DNA of 54,314 nucleotides from a virus (taxonomy: Duplodnaviria; Caudoviricetes), in the IMG/VR virus record IMGVR_UViG_3300002145_000153, positions 1 to 54,314 of that record, one strand, 5' to 3'. This document shows, one piece after another, positions 7,595-17,258 of this stretch. Both the position numbers and the translations under genes were made by a program. Position 1 is the stretch's first letter. Every line of letters starts with the position of its first letter. A model generated the notes under the pieces. The model was not told where the DNA came from, searched no databases, and saw nothing but the letters and a program-made list of their open reading frames with translations.

Positions 7595-8977
7595 ATGTCA
7601 ATAATTCTCAATACAGATAGTTACAAACTTTCCATGTATACGCAGTATCCTCCTGGTACTGAACATGTCTTTAGTTACATTGAATCTCGTGGAGGTGAAT
7701 ATGATCGAACCGTATTCTTCGGTCTACAAGCATTTATTAAAGAATACCTGCTAAAACCTATCACTCAAGCTGATATTGATGAAGCAGAAGAAATTATCAC
7801 TGCTCATGGTGAACCTTTTAATCGTGAAGGATGGGAATACATTCTTAATACTCATGGTGGAAAACTTCCACTATTGATTAACGCTGTGCCTGAAGGTACT
7901 GTGGTTCCTGCAAAGAATCTACTTGCTTATGTCTTTAATACGGATAAAAAGTGTTACTGGCTAACTACACATATAGAAACTGCTCTACTACGTGCGATCT
8001 GGTACCCCACTACTGTTGCAACTAATAGTTGGACGAGTAAAAAGATTATTAAACATTATCTGGAGAAGAATGGTGATCCTACTCTTATTGGCTTTAAATT
8101 GCATGATTTTGGCGCTCGTGGGGTTTCTTCTATGGAAAGCGCAGGGATTGGAGGCGCAGCACATCTCGTCAATTTTATGGGTACAGACACGATATCGGGG
8201 ATCCTATTTGCTCGCAAGTATTATGGGGCTGGTGTTTCTGGATTTAGCATTCCTGCTATGGAGCATTCTACAGTAACTTCTTGGGGGCGTGAAAATGAGA
8301 TTGAAGCTTATCGAAATATGGTACGCCAGTATGGCAAACCTGGATCTTTGCTTGCATGTGTTAGTGACAGTTACGACATCTTTGCTGCTTGTCATAAGTG
8401 GGGCACTGAATTAAAACAAGAAGTAATCGATTCTGGTGCCACTGTTGTAATTCGTCCTGATTCTGGTGATCCTGCAATTGTAGTTCCAGAATGTGCAAGG
8501 ATTCTTGATAGTCACTTCGGTCACATTGTTAATAGTAAAGGATACCGTGTACTGAATAATGTTCGTATTATTCAAGGTGATGGCATCGACCACGAAACAA
8601 TTAGAAAGATTCTATATCAACTTGACATTGCTGGTTATAGCGCTGATAATGTTGCTTTCGGGCAGGGTGGTGCACTGTTGCAACAACTAAACCGTGACAC
8701 TTGTAAATTTGCTATGAAATGTTCAGCGATCTACATTAATGGTGAATGGCGTGATGTATATAAAGACCCCATTACTGACATTGGTAAACGTAGCAAACGA
8801 GGTCTTATTGATCTGTACTTCAATAACAAAACTGGATCATTTGAAACACATAGAATGGAAAGTGTAAAATATACAAATTGCGATCTTGAAGTTGCAACAA
8901 GAGGATATTTTCTTAACGGTGAACTAATTCGTGATGCACACTTTGATGAAATTCGTAAACTTGCGGATCGTTTTTAA
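7595..8977 (+). CDS. nadV: Nicotinamide phosphoribosyltransferase
   Basis: TDSYK, LHDFGARG, SIPAMEHS, VSDSYD, IRPDSGDP, IQGDG. Confidence 0.95.
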   Translation: MSIILNTDSYKLSMYTQYPPGTEHVFSYIESRGGEYDRTVFFGLQAFIKEYLLKPITQADIDEAEEIITAHGEPFNREGWEYILNTHGGKLPLLINAVPEGTVVPAKNLLAYVFNTDKKCYWLTTHIETALLRAIWYPTTVATNSWTSKKIIKHYLEKNGDPTLIGFKLHDFGARGVSSMESAGIGGAAHLVNFMGTDTISGILFARKYYGAGVSGFSIPAMEHSTVTSWGRENEIEAYRNMVRQYGKPGSLLACVSDSYDIFAACHKWGTELKQEVIDSGATVVIRPDSGDPAIVVPECARILDSHFGHIVNSKGYRVLNNVRIIQGDGIDHETIRKILYQLDIAGYSADNVAFGQGGALLQQLNRDTCKFAMKCSAIYINGEWRDVYKDPITDIGKRSKRGLIDLYFNNKTGSFETHRMESVKYTNCDLEVATRGYFLNGELIRDAHFDEIRKLADRF

Positions 8978-9432
8978 TGAATACAATTGATAACAAATGG
9001 GATTCTAGATTCATTGATCTAGCATATCATATAGCTCAGTGGTCCAAAGATCCCTCAACAAAAGTTGGTGCTGTTATTGTTGATGAACAAAGACGCATCA
9101 TCTCAACTGGCTACAACGGGTTTCCACAAAAATTACACGATTCACCAGAAAGATATCTAAACCGTGAACAAAAGTATGAGATGATTATCCATGGCGAAAT
9201 TAATGCTATTCTTTTTGCACAAAGACCTTTGCATGGGTGTACTCTATACACAGTACCACTTCTACCTTGCTCAAGATGTGCTGCTATAGTAATTCAATCG
9301 GGAATTAGTAGAGTATGCGCCCCTGAATATCTCGGAGAAAGATGGAAGCAATCTCTGGAACTTTCTAAAAATATGTTCAAAGAAGCAAATATAGAAGTTG
9401 TTGAGTTCAATACTTTAATGATGAGTAAATAA
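8977..9432 (+). CDS. cd: dCMP deaminase
   Basis: SKDPSTKVGA, GYNG, HGEINA, PCSRC. Confidence 0.9.
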   Translation: MNTIDNKWDSRFIDLAYHIAQWSKDPSTKVGAVIVDEQRRIISTGYNGFPQKLHDSPERYLNREQKYEMIIHGEINAILFAQRPLHGCTLYTVPLLPCSRCAAIVIQSGISRVCAPEYLGERWKQSLELSKNMFKEANIEVVEFNTLMMSK

Positions 9433-9433
9433 T

Positions 9434-9796
9434 ATGAAACCTCTTCTGCACGCTAATATCAGTGTTAAAACACATGGTGGAAATGTTGATGATTATCTTC
9501 CAATTCATAACTTTATCGATTCTTCAAAAGTTGCCATGCCTGATATGCGTCATCGTGCCATACTACATTCAGCATTTGGATGTTTCCTAGTTGAACAAAT
9601 GTTTGGTACCTACATCGTCAACAGTGCAGGGAAAAAGATCAGTACTCGAGATATAGCCGAAGAACACATTCTTCAAGACTTAGGTTTCATACCTACTATG
9701 GAACACTATCTCAAAAATATGCAACTGCAACCTTGGATGTCAGGCACAGAAAAAGGTAAAATGAGAAAAACTAAACATATCTCATTGGAGGACTGA
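9434..9796 (+). CDS. DUF6915-like hypothetical protein
   Basis: DYLPIHNFIDSSK..RHRAILHS..RDIAEEHILQDLG. Confidence 0.65.
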   Translation: MKPLLHANISVKTHGGNVDDYLPIHNFIDSSKVAMPDMRHRAILHSAFGCFLVEQMFGTYIVNSAGKKISTRDIAEEHILQDLGFIPTMEHYLKNMQLQPWMSGTEKGKMRKTKHISLED

Positions 9797-10099
9797 TGGA
9801 GCTTGAAAGAAAAATCAAACAAAAAGAATCATTGATTCAAAAGCATCAAAATGAACTTAAAAAACTTTTTGATTCTTGTACACATAAAACTACAGCAGAA
9901 AAAGTTATTATTTTTCTGGTAACTATAACGATACTGCCTATACTAATTATTGGGATGAATGTATCATTTGTGGTAAACAATTGGTTGTGGATTGGCTGGA
10001 TATAAGTACAATCAAATTGCTCCATTTTTTGAAAATTGTCCAGAAAACTGCAAACTACCAGAAGAATTTAAAAAGATTAAAAATGTTGTTGACAGCTAG
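9796..10099 (+). pseudogene. Frameshifted small gene fused to the C-terminal remnant of a second (macro-like) gene
   Basis: Other frames give SYYFSGNYNDTAYTNYWDECIICG and IGCGLAGYKYNQIAPFFENCPENCKLPEEF. Confidence 0.5.
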
Positions 10100-10132
10100 A
10101 TATAGCTGATATATAATAGTCATGTAGTTAAT

Positions 10133-10307
10133 TAGGATGGATACAGCAAGAAATCAATTACTTAGAGAGTCGGTAGATGCAGGGTCCCTCTCTTGGATGT
10201 TTATTCCGACAAACAAAGGCGATAGTTATCTGTATGACAAAACAGAATATGGCAGTAGGCGATAATTGGTACTGCGAGAATAAATTAATGACCAGCCAAC
10301 CATCCTG
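10133..10307 (+). ncRNA. CAGCAA-family ncRNA copy 5
   Basis: Promoter TTGACA 10089/TATAAT 10113; TAGGATGG-ATACAGCAA ... CCATCCTG then T-tract. Confidence 0.7.
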
Positions 10308-10333
10308 TTTTTTATATTTTTTATAGGTGATTA

Positions 10334-11305
10334 ATGAAGCGTAAAACAATAGCATTTCTTTGTGGTATGATTTTTGTATCAAATGTATATTCTCAGCAAT
10401 CAAGTGCAGTGAAAATTGATGGAAGTTCAACTGTTTTTCCCATTACAGAAGGTATTGCTGAAGAATTTCAAAAGCAAAAAAAGACTAGAGTAACTGTTGG
10501 AATTTCTGGAACAGGTGGGGGTTTCAAAAAGTTTTGTCGCGGTGAAATTGATATTCAAAATGCAAGTAGACCCATTCAAAAATCAGAAATGGATTTATGT
10601 GAAAAATCTGGGATTAAGTACTATGAGTTACCTGTAGCTTTTGATGCTTTAACAGTCGTGATTAATCCTAAAAATAATTTTGCAGGTACACTAACTGTTG
10701 AACAACTAAAACGCATGTGGGAACCTGCTGCACAAGGAAAAATTACTAATTGGAACCAAATTGATGAAAAGTTTCCAAATATTAAATTGAGTTTATTTGG
10801 AGCAGGTACTGATAGTGGTACATTTGATTATTTTACAGAAGCAATTGTTGGCAAATCAAAATCAAGTAGAGGAGACTTTACTGCATCTGAAGATGACAAT
10901 GTACTAGTTCAGGGTGTAAGTAGAAATTCAAATGCAATTGGGTATTTTGGTTATGCTTATTATATTGAAAATGCAGATAAGCTAAAAGCAGTTGCAATTG
11001 TTAATGCCAAAGGGCAAGCTGTTTTGCCAAGTGGCAAAACAGTAATGGATGGTAGCTATAATCCTCTTTCACGACCAATTTTCATCTATGTTTCTGAAAA
11101 AAGTCTTGAGAAGAGTGAGGTTAAAAACTTTGTTGAGTTTTATATGAAAAATGCAACAAAGATTGTGAAGGAAGTAAAATATGTTCCTTTTTCTGAATCA
11201 GTGTATAAAGGAAATATGGATCTGATTTCTAAAAAGAAAACTGGAACAGCATTCAATGGTCACAATAAAGTTGGAATTACTGTTGACGAGATGATGAAAA
11301 GGTAA
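10334..11305 (+). CDS. pstS: Phosphate ABC transporter substrate-binding protein
   Basis: Signal peptide; DGSSTVFP, SGTGGGF, DSGTFDYF, PLSRPIFIY. Confidence 0.93.
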   Translation: MKRKTIAFLCGMIFVSNVYSQQSSAVKIDGSSTVFPITEGIAEEFQKQKKTRVTVGISGTGGGFKKFCRGEIDIQNASRPIQKSEMDLCEKSGIKYYELPVAFDALTVVINPKNNFAGTLTVEQLKRMWEPAAQGKITNWNQIDEKFPNIKLSLFGAGTDSGTFDYFTEAIVGKSKSSRGDFTASEDDNVLVQGVSRNSNAIGYFGYAYYIENADKLKAVAIVNAKGQAVLPSGKTVMDGSYNPLSRPIFIYVSEKSLEKSEVKNFVEFYMKNATKIVKEVKYVPFSESVYKGNMDLISKKKTGTAFNGHNKVGITVDEMMKR

Positions 11306-11318
11306 TATAATAGTAGTC

Positions 11319-11378
11319 TAGATTGAGTTCCGCAACCAAAAAAAATCAAACTGTAAATTTGACTAAAAGTTCAATCTG
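11319..11378 (+). ncRNA. CAGCAA-family ncRNA copy 6 (leader of Ro60-like gene)
   Basis: Promoter TTGACG-17-TATAAT (11283-11311); TAGATTGA-GTTCCGCAA ... TCAATCTG; internal TCAAA-CTGTAAA-TTTGA. Confidence 0.65.
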
Positions 11379-11395
11379 TTAAAAAGGTGATAATT

Positions 11396-12823
11396 ATGAA
11401 TAGTTTTGTAAATGCGATAGCGAATCAAACTCAACGCACCGCTAACGGTATGAAGGCTCGTAAGAGCACAGCTAGTGCTTGCGTAGATCTTTTCTTTAAG
11501 ATTGGTGCAATGCGTGGTAAAAATGTTGTCCCATCATTTGTTGCTGCATATGCAGAAAATGAGGAACTAGCTCTTCGTATTGTGCAATGGGTGAGAGATG
11601 TTCGTGGTGGAGCAGGAGAGCGTCAGATCTTCCGTGATATCATGCTGTGGCTAGAAAAGAATGATCCACTAAAGATTCCACTTTTTCTTAGAAAAATTCC
11701 AGAACTTGGTCGTTGGGATGATGCTTTAATCATTAGAAATGATCCATATCTAAAGGATCTTTCTTTCAGCATGATTGGTGAAGCCATTGCAAAGGGAGAT
11801 GGGCTAGCTGGCAAATGGATGCCTCGAAAAGGCGCTGTAGCCAATGAACTACGTGAATTCCTTGGAATGACTCCAAAGCAATACCGTAAGACTCTGGTCA
11901 ATCTAACCAAAGTTGTCGAGCAACAAATGTGTGCTCAGGATTGGGATAACATCAACTTCTCTCATGTTCCTTCACTAGCTCATGCTCGTTACAAGAAGGC
12001 GTTTGGTCGCCATACACCAAAGTATGGTGAGTATGTTCAAGCCCTTGTAAAGGGTGAGAAGGGTGTCAAAGTCAATGCTGGTGCTGTATATCCATATGAT
12101 GTTCTAAAGGGTCGTATTGCTCACTATGTTAACAGTAATTGGACTAAGACAGAACTTGATCTAATTCAAAAGCAATGGGAAGCTCTACCAGATTATATCG
12201 GTGATAAGAACGTTCTACCTCTTGTCGATGTATCTGGATCAATGACATGCTCAGCAGGCGGTCCGCTCTCAAAGAGCAAGCTATCTTGTCTAGAAGTTGC
12301 AGTATCTCTAGGTTTGTATTGCGCAGATAAGAACACTGGTAAGTTCAAAGATTTTTTTCTAACCTTTAGCTCAACACCAGAACTTCTGCATCTACGCGGA
12401 GATATTAACAAGAAGATTGATCAGATGGTTAAAAGTTCTTGGACTATGGGTACTAATCTTCATGCAGCATTTGAGAAGATTCTTACCACAGCAGTAAATG
12501 GTAAAGTACCACAGAGCGAAATGCCAGAAATGCTATTGATTTTTTCTGATATGCAGTTCAATCAATGTGCAAGATACGATGATTCTGCTATGGAGATGAT
12601 TGAGCGCAAGTATAAGAATGCAGGCTATGAGCTTCCAAAGATTGTTTTCTGGAATCTTAATGCAAACGATAATGTACCAGTAAGTTTTGATAAGCATGGT
12701 ACTGCGTTGGTGTCAGGTTTCAGTCCTGCAATTATGAAGGCATTGTTCTCGGGTAATATTGAGAGCTTTACACCAGAGTACATTATGCGTCAAGCAGTTT
12801 GTATTCCACGTTATGATGTTTAG
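11396..12823 (+). CDS. DUF2828-family TROVE-like/vWA protein (Ro60-like architecture)
   Basis: RDVRGGAGER, GRWDD, KWMPR helical region; vWA MIDAS DVSGSM, GTNL, FSDMQF. Confidence 0.85.
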   Translation: MNSFVNAIANQTQRTANGMKARKSTASACVDLFFKIGAMRGKNVVPSFVAAYAENEELALRIVQWVRDVRGGAGERQIFRDIMLWLEKNDPLKIPLFLRKIPELGRWDDALIIRNDPYLKDLSFSMIGEAIAKGDGLAGKWMPRKGAVANELREFLGMTPKQYRKTLVNLTKVVEQQMCAQDWDNINFSHVPSLAHARYKKAFGRHTPKYGEYVQALVKGEKGVKVNAGAVYPYDVLKGRIAHYVNSNWTKTELDLIQKQWEALPDYIGDKNVLPLVDVSGSMTCSAGGPLSKSKLSCLEVAVSLGLYCADKNTGKFKDFFLTFSSTPELLHLRGDINKKIDQMVKSSWTMGTNLHAAFEKILTTAVNGKVPQSEMPEMLLIFSDMQFNQCARYDDSAMEMIERKYKNAGYELPKIVFWNLNANDNVPVSFDKHGTALVSGFSPAIMKALFSGNIESFTPEYIMRQAVCIPRYDV

Positions 12824-12832
12824 GGAGATTGA

Positions 12833-13003
12833 ATGAAAGCAACGAGTTCCTTTAAATTAGATCGCACTACAAAACGAGTTTTATCTCTAATGCCTGATAA
12901 AGAAAGACGCAATAGTTATAAAGCTCTGATGATCAAAGCTCAACTAATCTTTGAAGAAAATCAGAAACGAAATTTTCGAAAAGAAAAAGAAACAGAAGTG
13001 TAA
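12833..13003 (+). CDS. Small hypothetical protein (56 aa)
   Basis: GGAG RBS; MKATSSFKLDRTTKRVL... Confidence 0.6.
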   Translation: MKATSSFKLDRTTKRVLSLMPDKERRNSYKALMIKAQLIFEENQKRNFRKEKETEV

Positions 13004-13005
13004 CT

Positions 13006-13029
13006 AAAAGGCAGCGAAAGCTGCCTTTT
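13006..13029 (+). terminator. Intrinsic terminator
   Basis: AAAAGGCAGC-GAAA-GCTGCCTTTT. Confidence 0.85.
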
Positions 13030-13083
13030 CTATTGATTGATGTTTTAAATAATGTTAAAATATAATTTTTACAAGAAAATATA

Positions 13084-15576
13084 ATGGAAACATTCTACAC
13101 TAATGTAGTTCAATACGGTAATAAAATTCTCTATCGAGGTATCGATAGAAATATGCCTACTCGTGGTCGAAAAGATTTCTCCCCCACTCTATTCATTAAG
13201 ACAAACAAGAAAACTAAGTATACTTCTTTGTTTGGTGATCATCTCGATTCTATGGAATTTGCAGACATCAATGAGGCAAAGGACTTCATTAAGCAATATT
13301 CTGGGGTAGATAATTTCAATATCTTTGGTAACACAAATTTTGCTTATCAATACATTACTGAAAAGTTTTCTGATGATATTGCATTCGATATCTCCAAGAT
13401 TAATATTCAAACAATCGATATTGAGACAACTTCAGAGAATGGATTTCCTAATGTGAATAATCCTATCGAGGAGATTCTTCTAATCACATTGCAGAATGCT
13501 GATACAAAAGAACTCATTACCTTCGGTACACAATCATATAAAGCAAAGAAAAAGAATCACACTTACATTACATGTTCTAGTGAAAAAGATCTGTACTTCA
13601 GATTTTTAAACTATTGGCAAGAAAACTATCCAGATGTTATCACTGGATGGAATTGCGACACTTTCGATATTCCATATATGGTTAATCGTATTAAAAGAGT
13701 TATGGGTGAGGAAACTGTAAAGAAGCTTTCACCATGGAATATCATCAAAGATAAATCATTCAATCGAAATGGTAAAGAAGTTACATCATTTGAACTAGTT
13801 GGTATTGCCACACTAGATTATCTAGATCTTTACAAGAAGTTTACCTATACGACAAGAGAATCATACAAGTTAGATTATATTGCTAAGGTTGAATTGGGTA
13901 AACAGAAGTTAGAGAATCCTTATGAATCTTTTCGTGACTTTTATACTAAGGGTTGGGAACTTTTTGTTGACTATAACGTAGTAGACGTTGAACTAGTAGA
14001 TGAGTTAGAAGATAGAATGAAACTCATTGAACTGATTATTACTATGGCATATGATGCTAAGTGTAACTTTGTAGATGTTTTCTCTGCGGTGCGAACCTGG
14101 GACTGTATTCTATTCAATCATTTTTGGAAGAAGAATATCGTAGTTCATCAGCGAGATACCACAAGAACAGGTCGGCAGATTGTGGGTGCGTATGTTCAGG
14201 AACCAGTACCAGGAAAGTATGATTGGGTTGTTTCATTTGATGCTACATCATTGTATCCATCTATCATCATGCAGTATAATATGTCTACAGAGACAATTGT
14301 AGAAAATGATGCGAAAGATGTCACCGTAGATGGATTGCTAGAGAAAAAGTATGATACTACAGATCTGATCAATAAAAATTATTGTATGGCAGCGAATGGG
14401 CATATGTTTCGCCGCAACAAACAAGGTTTAATGCCTGAGATTGTTCAAAAGTTATTCGATGATCGACAGAAGTACAAAAAACTAATGCTTACAGCACAGC
14501 AAAAGTATGAAGAATCTAAGGATAAAAAGTATCAGAAAGAGATTGCTAAGTACAATAATTTTCAGATGGCAAGAAAGATTCAACTAAATTCTCTCTTCGG
14601 AGCCTGGGCAAATGAATGGTTCCGTATGTACGATGATAGAATTGCTGAAGGTATTACTATCACTGGTCAGTACATTATTCGTACTGTAGGTGAAGCATTG
14701 AATGTATATCTAAACAAAGTGTGCGGTACAAAGAACTTTAACTATTCATTTTACTCTGATACGGATAGCTGCTATATTACATTAGATCCTCTAGTGCAGA
14801 AGTTTTTCAAAAATCTAAGTAAGGAAAAGATTATTGATGCTCTAGATAAAATTTGTGAAGATAAAATTGTTAAGGCTATCAATGCTGCATGTGTAAAGTT
14901 ATTTGACTACACCAATGGTTTTGATCAGAAGATTTACTTCAAGCGCGAGGCGATCAGTGATCGAGGCATTTGGGTAGCAAAGAAACGCTATGCACTTAAT
15001 GTCTACGACAATGAAGGTGTTAGGTATGCTGAACCTAAGTTAAAAGTAATGGGGTTGGAAATCGTTCGATCATCCACGCCAGAGCCCATTCGCAATGCTT
15101 TAAAAGAAGCAGTCAAAATTGCTCTGACTAAATCAGAAAATGATCTACAATCTTTTATTGAACAATCAGAGCAAGAATTCAGAAAGATGCCCGCTGAACA
15201 GATAGCATTTCCTCGAGGTGTCAATGGAGTAGAAAAGTATAGTTGTCCAAATAACATCTACAAATCAGCAACACCAATGCATGTTAGAGGATCTTTGCTG
15301 TATAATAACTTCATCAAAGTAAATAAATTAGAAAAGAAATATGAGGAGATTCAGGAAGGTGATAAGATTAAGTTCATATATCTTAAAGAGCCTAATCCTC
15401 TAGGTGAAAACTGTATTGCCTTTATGTCTAAGATTCCTGAAGAAATGGCATTGAATAATTTTATAGATTATGATACAATGTATCAGAAGGCATTCATCGA
15501 ACCCATAACAACTATTCTAAATGGTGTTGGTTGGTCAGCAAGACCCCAAGCATCTTTAGAATCACTATTTGCATAG
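13084..15576 (+). CDS. 43: DNA polymerase B (T4 gp43-like)
   Basis: DIET exonuclease motif, SFDATSLYPS, KIQLNSLFG, YSDTDS, KKRYAL. Confidence 0.97.
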   Translation: METFYTNVVQYGNKILYRGIDRNMPTRGRKDFSPTLFIKTNKKTKYTSLFGDHLDSMEFADINEAKDFIKQYSGVDNFNIFGNTNFAYQYITEKFSDDIAFDISKINIQTIDIETTSENGFPNVNNPIEEILLITLQNADTKELITFGTQSYKAKKKNHTYITCSSEKDLYFRFLNYWQENYPDVITGWNCDTFDIPYMVNRIKRVMGEETVKKLSPWNIIKDKSFNRNGKEVTSFELVGIATLDYLDLYKKFTYTTRESYKLDYIAKVELGKQKLENPYESFRDFYTKGWELFVDYNVVDVELVDELEDRMKLIELIITMAYDAKCNFVDVFSAVRTWDCILFNHFWKKNIVVHQRDTTRTGRQIVGAYVQEPVPGKYDWVVSFDATSLYPSIIMQYNMSTETIVENDAKDVTVDGLLEKKYDTTDLINKNYCMAANGHMFRRNKQGLMPEIVQKLFDDRQKYKKLMLTAQQKYEESKDKKYQKEIAKYNNFQMARKIQLNSLFGAWANEWFRMYDDRIAEGITITGQYIIRTVGEALNVYLNKVCGTKNFNYSFYSDTDSCYITLDPLVQKFFKNLSKEKIIDALDKICEDKIVKAINAACVKLFDYTNGFDQKIYFKREAISDRGIWVAKKRYALNVYDNEGVRYAEPKLKVMGLEIVRSSTPEPIRNALKEAVKIALTKSENDLQSFIEQSEQEFRKMPAEQIAFPRGVNGVEKYSCPNNIYKSATPMHVRGSLLYNNFIKVNKLEKKYEEIQEGDKIKFIYLKEPNPLGENCIAFMSKIPEEMALNNFIDYDTMYQKAFIEPITTILNGVGWSARPQASLESLFA

Positions 15577-15584
15577 GATATAAT

Positions 15585-16490
15585 ATGTCGTTACTAGAAA
15601 AACTTAGAAAAAATTCTACAATCAAAGAAACAGAACTATTATCCGAATCAAAATTCTTTAATGAAAAGGATATGATTCCAACTCCTGTTCCAGTGCTAAA
15701 TGTTGCTTTATCAGGTAGTTTAAATGGTGGTTTAGCTCCTGGCTTGACTGTTTTTGCGGGACCTTCCAAGCACTTCAAAAGTGCTTTCTCATTGTTACTT
15801 GCAAAATCATATCTGAACAAGTACGAAGATGCAGTTGTACTATTTTATGATTCAGAATTTGGTTCTCCTCAATCTTATTTTGAAAGTTTCGGTATTCCTA
15901 CTGACAGAGTTCTACATACACCGATTACTGATATTGAACAACTAAAACATGATTGTATGGCACAATTGAATGATATTGCTCGAAATGATCGAGTTATTAT
16001 TGTTGTTGACTCAATTGGTAATCTAGCTTCAAAGAAAGAAGTTGAGGATGCATTAGAAGGTAAATCAGTTGCGGATATGTCTCGAGCAAAGCAACTTAAA
16101 TCTCTTTTTAGAATGATTACTCCACATCTTACTATCAAGAATATTCCGATGGTTGTAGTCAATCATACTTACAAAGAGATTGGTATGTTTCCGAAAGATG
16201 TTGTTTCTGGTGGTTGTATTGTTGCAGATACTAAGATTAAAACTCCTGAAGGTCTTAAGTTTGTGCAGGACTTTAAGGTGGGGGATAAAGTAATTACTTT
16301 AAGTGGAGAAAAGTCTGTAACACATGTATGGAATCCTGAGACTTTAGAAAATGGAACACCTGAATGTTTTGAAATAGAATTTGAAGATGGATATAAAGTA
16401 GTATGCTCTGACAAACATAAGTTTCGTATTTCTGATAAATGGGTTGAGGCAAAAGATTTAACTGTAGGCATGGAGTGTGAAACCATGTAA
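15585..16490 (+). CDS. uvsX: UvsX/RecA N-extein plus N-intein (16215-16487)
   Basis: GPSKHFKS P-loop, VDSIGNLAS; VSGG|CIVADT intein block A, CSDKH block B. Confidence 0.92.
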   Translation: MSLLEKLRKNSTIKETELLSESKFFNEKDMIPTPVPVLNVALSGSLNGGLAPGLTVFAGPSKHFKSAFSLLLAKSYLNKYEDAVVLFYDSEFGSPQSYFESFGIPTDRVLHTPITDIEQLKHDCMAQLNDIARNDRVIIVVDSIGNLASKKEVEDALEGKSVADMSRAKQLKSLFRMITPHLTIKNIPMVVVNHTYKEIGMFPKDVVSGGCIVADTKIKTPEGLKFVQDFKVGDKVITLSGEKSVTHVWNPETLENGTPECFEIEFEDGYKVVCSDKHKFRISDKWVEAKDLTVGMECETM

Positions 16491-16503
16491 ATCAGCACAA
16501 TAC

Positions 16504-16554
16504 TAGAGATTTCCTTTTTAATATATATTATTATGCCGATAAAGGAGATTTCTA
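16504..16554 (+). promoter_or_regulatory. RBS-sequestering hairpin for HNH gene
   Basis: TAGAGATTTCCTTT pairs with AAAGGAGATTTCTA; AT-rich loop with TATATATTA. Confidence 0.65.
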
Positions 16555-17258
16555 TGAATTATATAAAGCATTATAATCTTTTAATTGAAAAACGAAAAAC
16601 TAATCCAATTAATAATGAGTATACAGAACTTCATCATATAGTACCTAAATGTATGGGAGGAACTGATGAAAAAAATAATTTAGTTAGACTTACTGCGAGA
16701 GAACATTATATTGCACATGCTTTATTATATAAGCATTATCGCACTTCAAAATTAGCGCATGCTTGGTTTAGTATGACAAGATGTGATCCCAACCAAGAAA
16801 GATTTTTTACATCTAGACAACATGAAACTGCAAAAAAAGCACATATTAAAGTATTAAAAGAATCTATGATAGGGGAAAACAATCCTTTCTTTGGAAAAAC
16901 TCAAAGTGAGGAAACTAAACTTGCTATATCTGAAAAGGTTAAAACTTGGTATCGTGAAGTTGGCAAAACTAAAGAACAAATTCAAAACTGGATTGATAAA
17001 GTAGCTTCAAAACCTGCGAGTGAAAAACAAAAACAAACTGTAAGCCGTTTATCTAAAAATAAAGTTATGCTTAAACATATTATAACAGGTGAGGTTAAAA
17101 AAGTTGATAAAAAAGACTTACATCTGTATAATAGGCAAGAATGGAAAAATCCTTCAGCTATAAAGCAAAGAAGAGATATTTGCATATATTGTGGTAAAGA
17201 AAGTGTTGCGGGTAATATTAAAAGATGGCACAATAACAATTGTAAGGAAAAACCATGA
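16554..17258 (+). mobile_element. Free-standing HNH homing endonuclease with NUMOD3-like motif
   Basis: ELHHIVPKCMGG..NLVRLTAREHYIAH; GENNPFFGKTQSEET; C-terminal CIYCG..RWH..C. Confidence 0.9.

Noticed and set aside
16491-17254. Group I intron interrupting uvsX
   Set aside because: No room for an intron core outside the HNH ORF; both halves have intein motifs with their own stop and start
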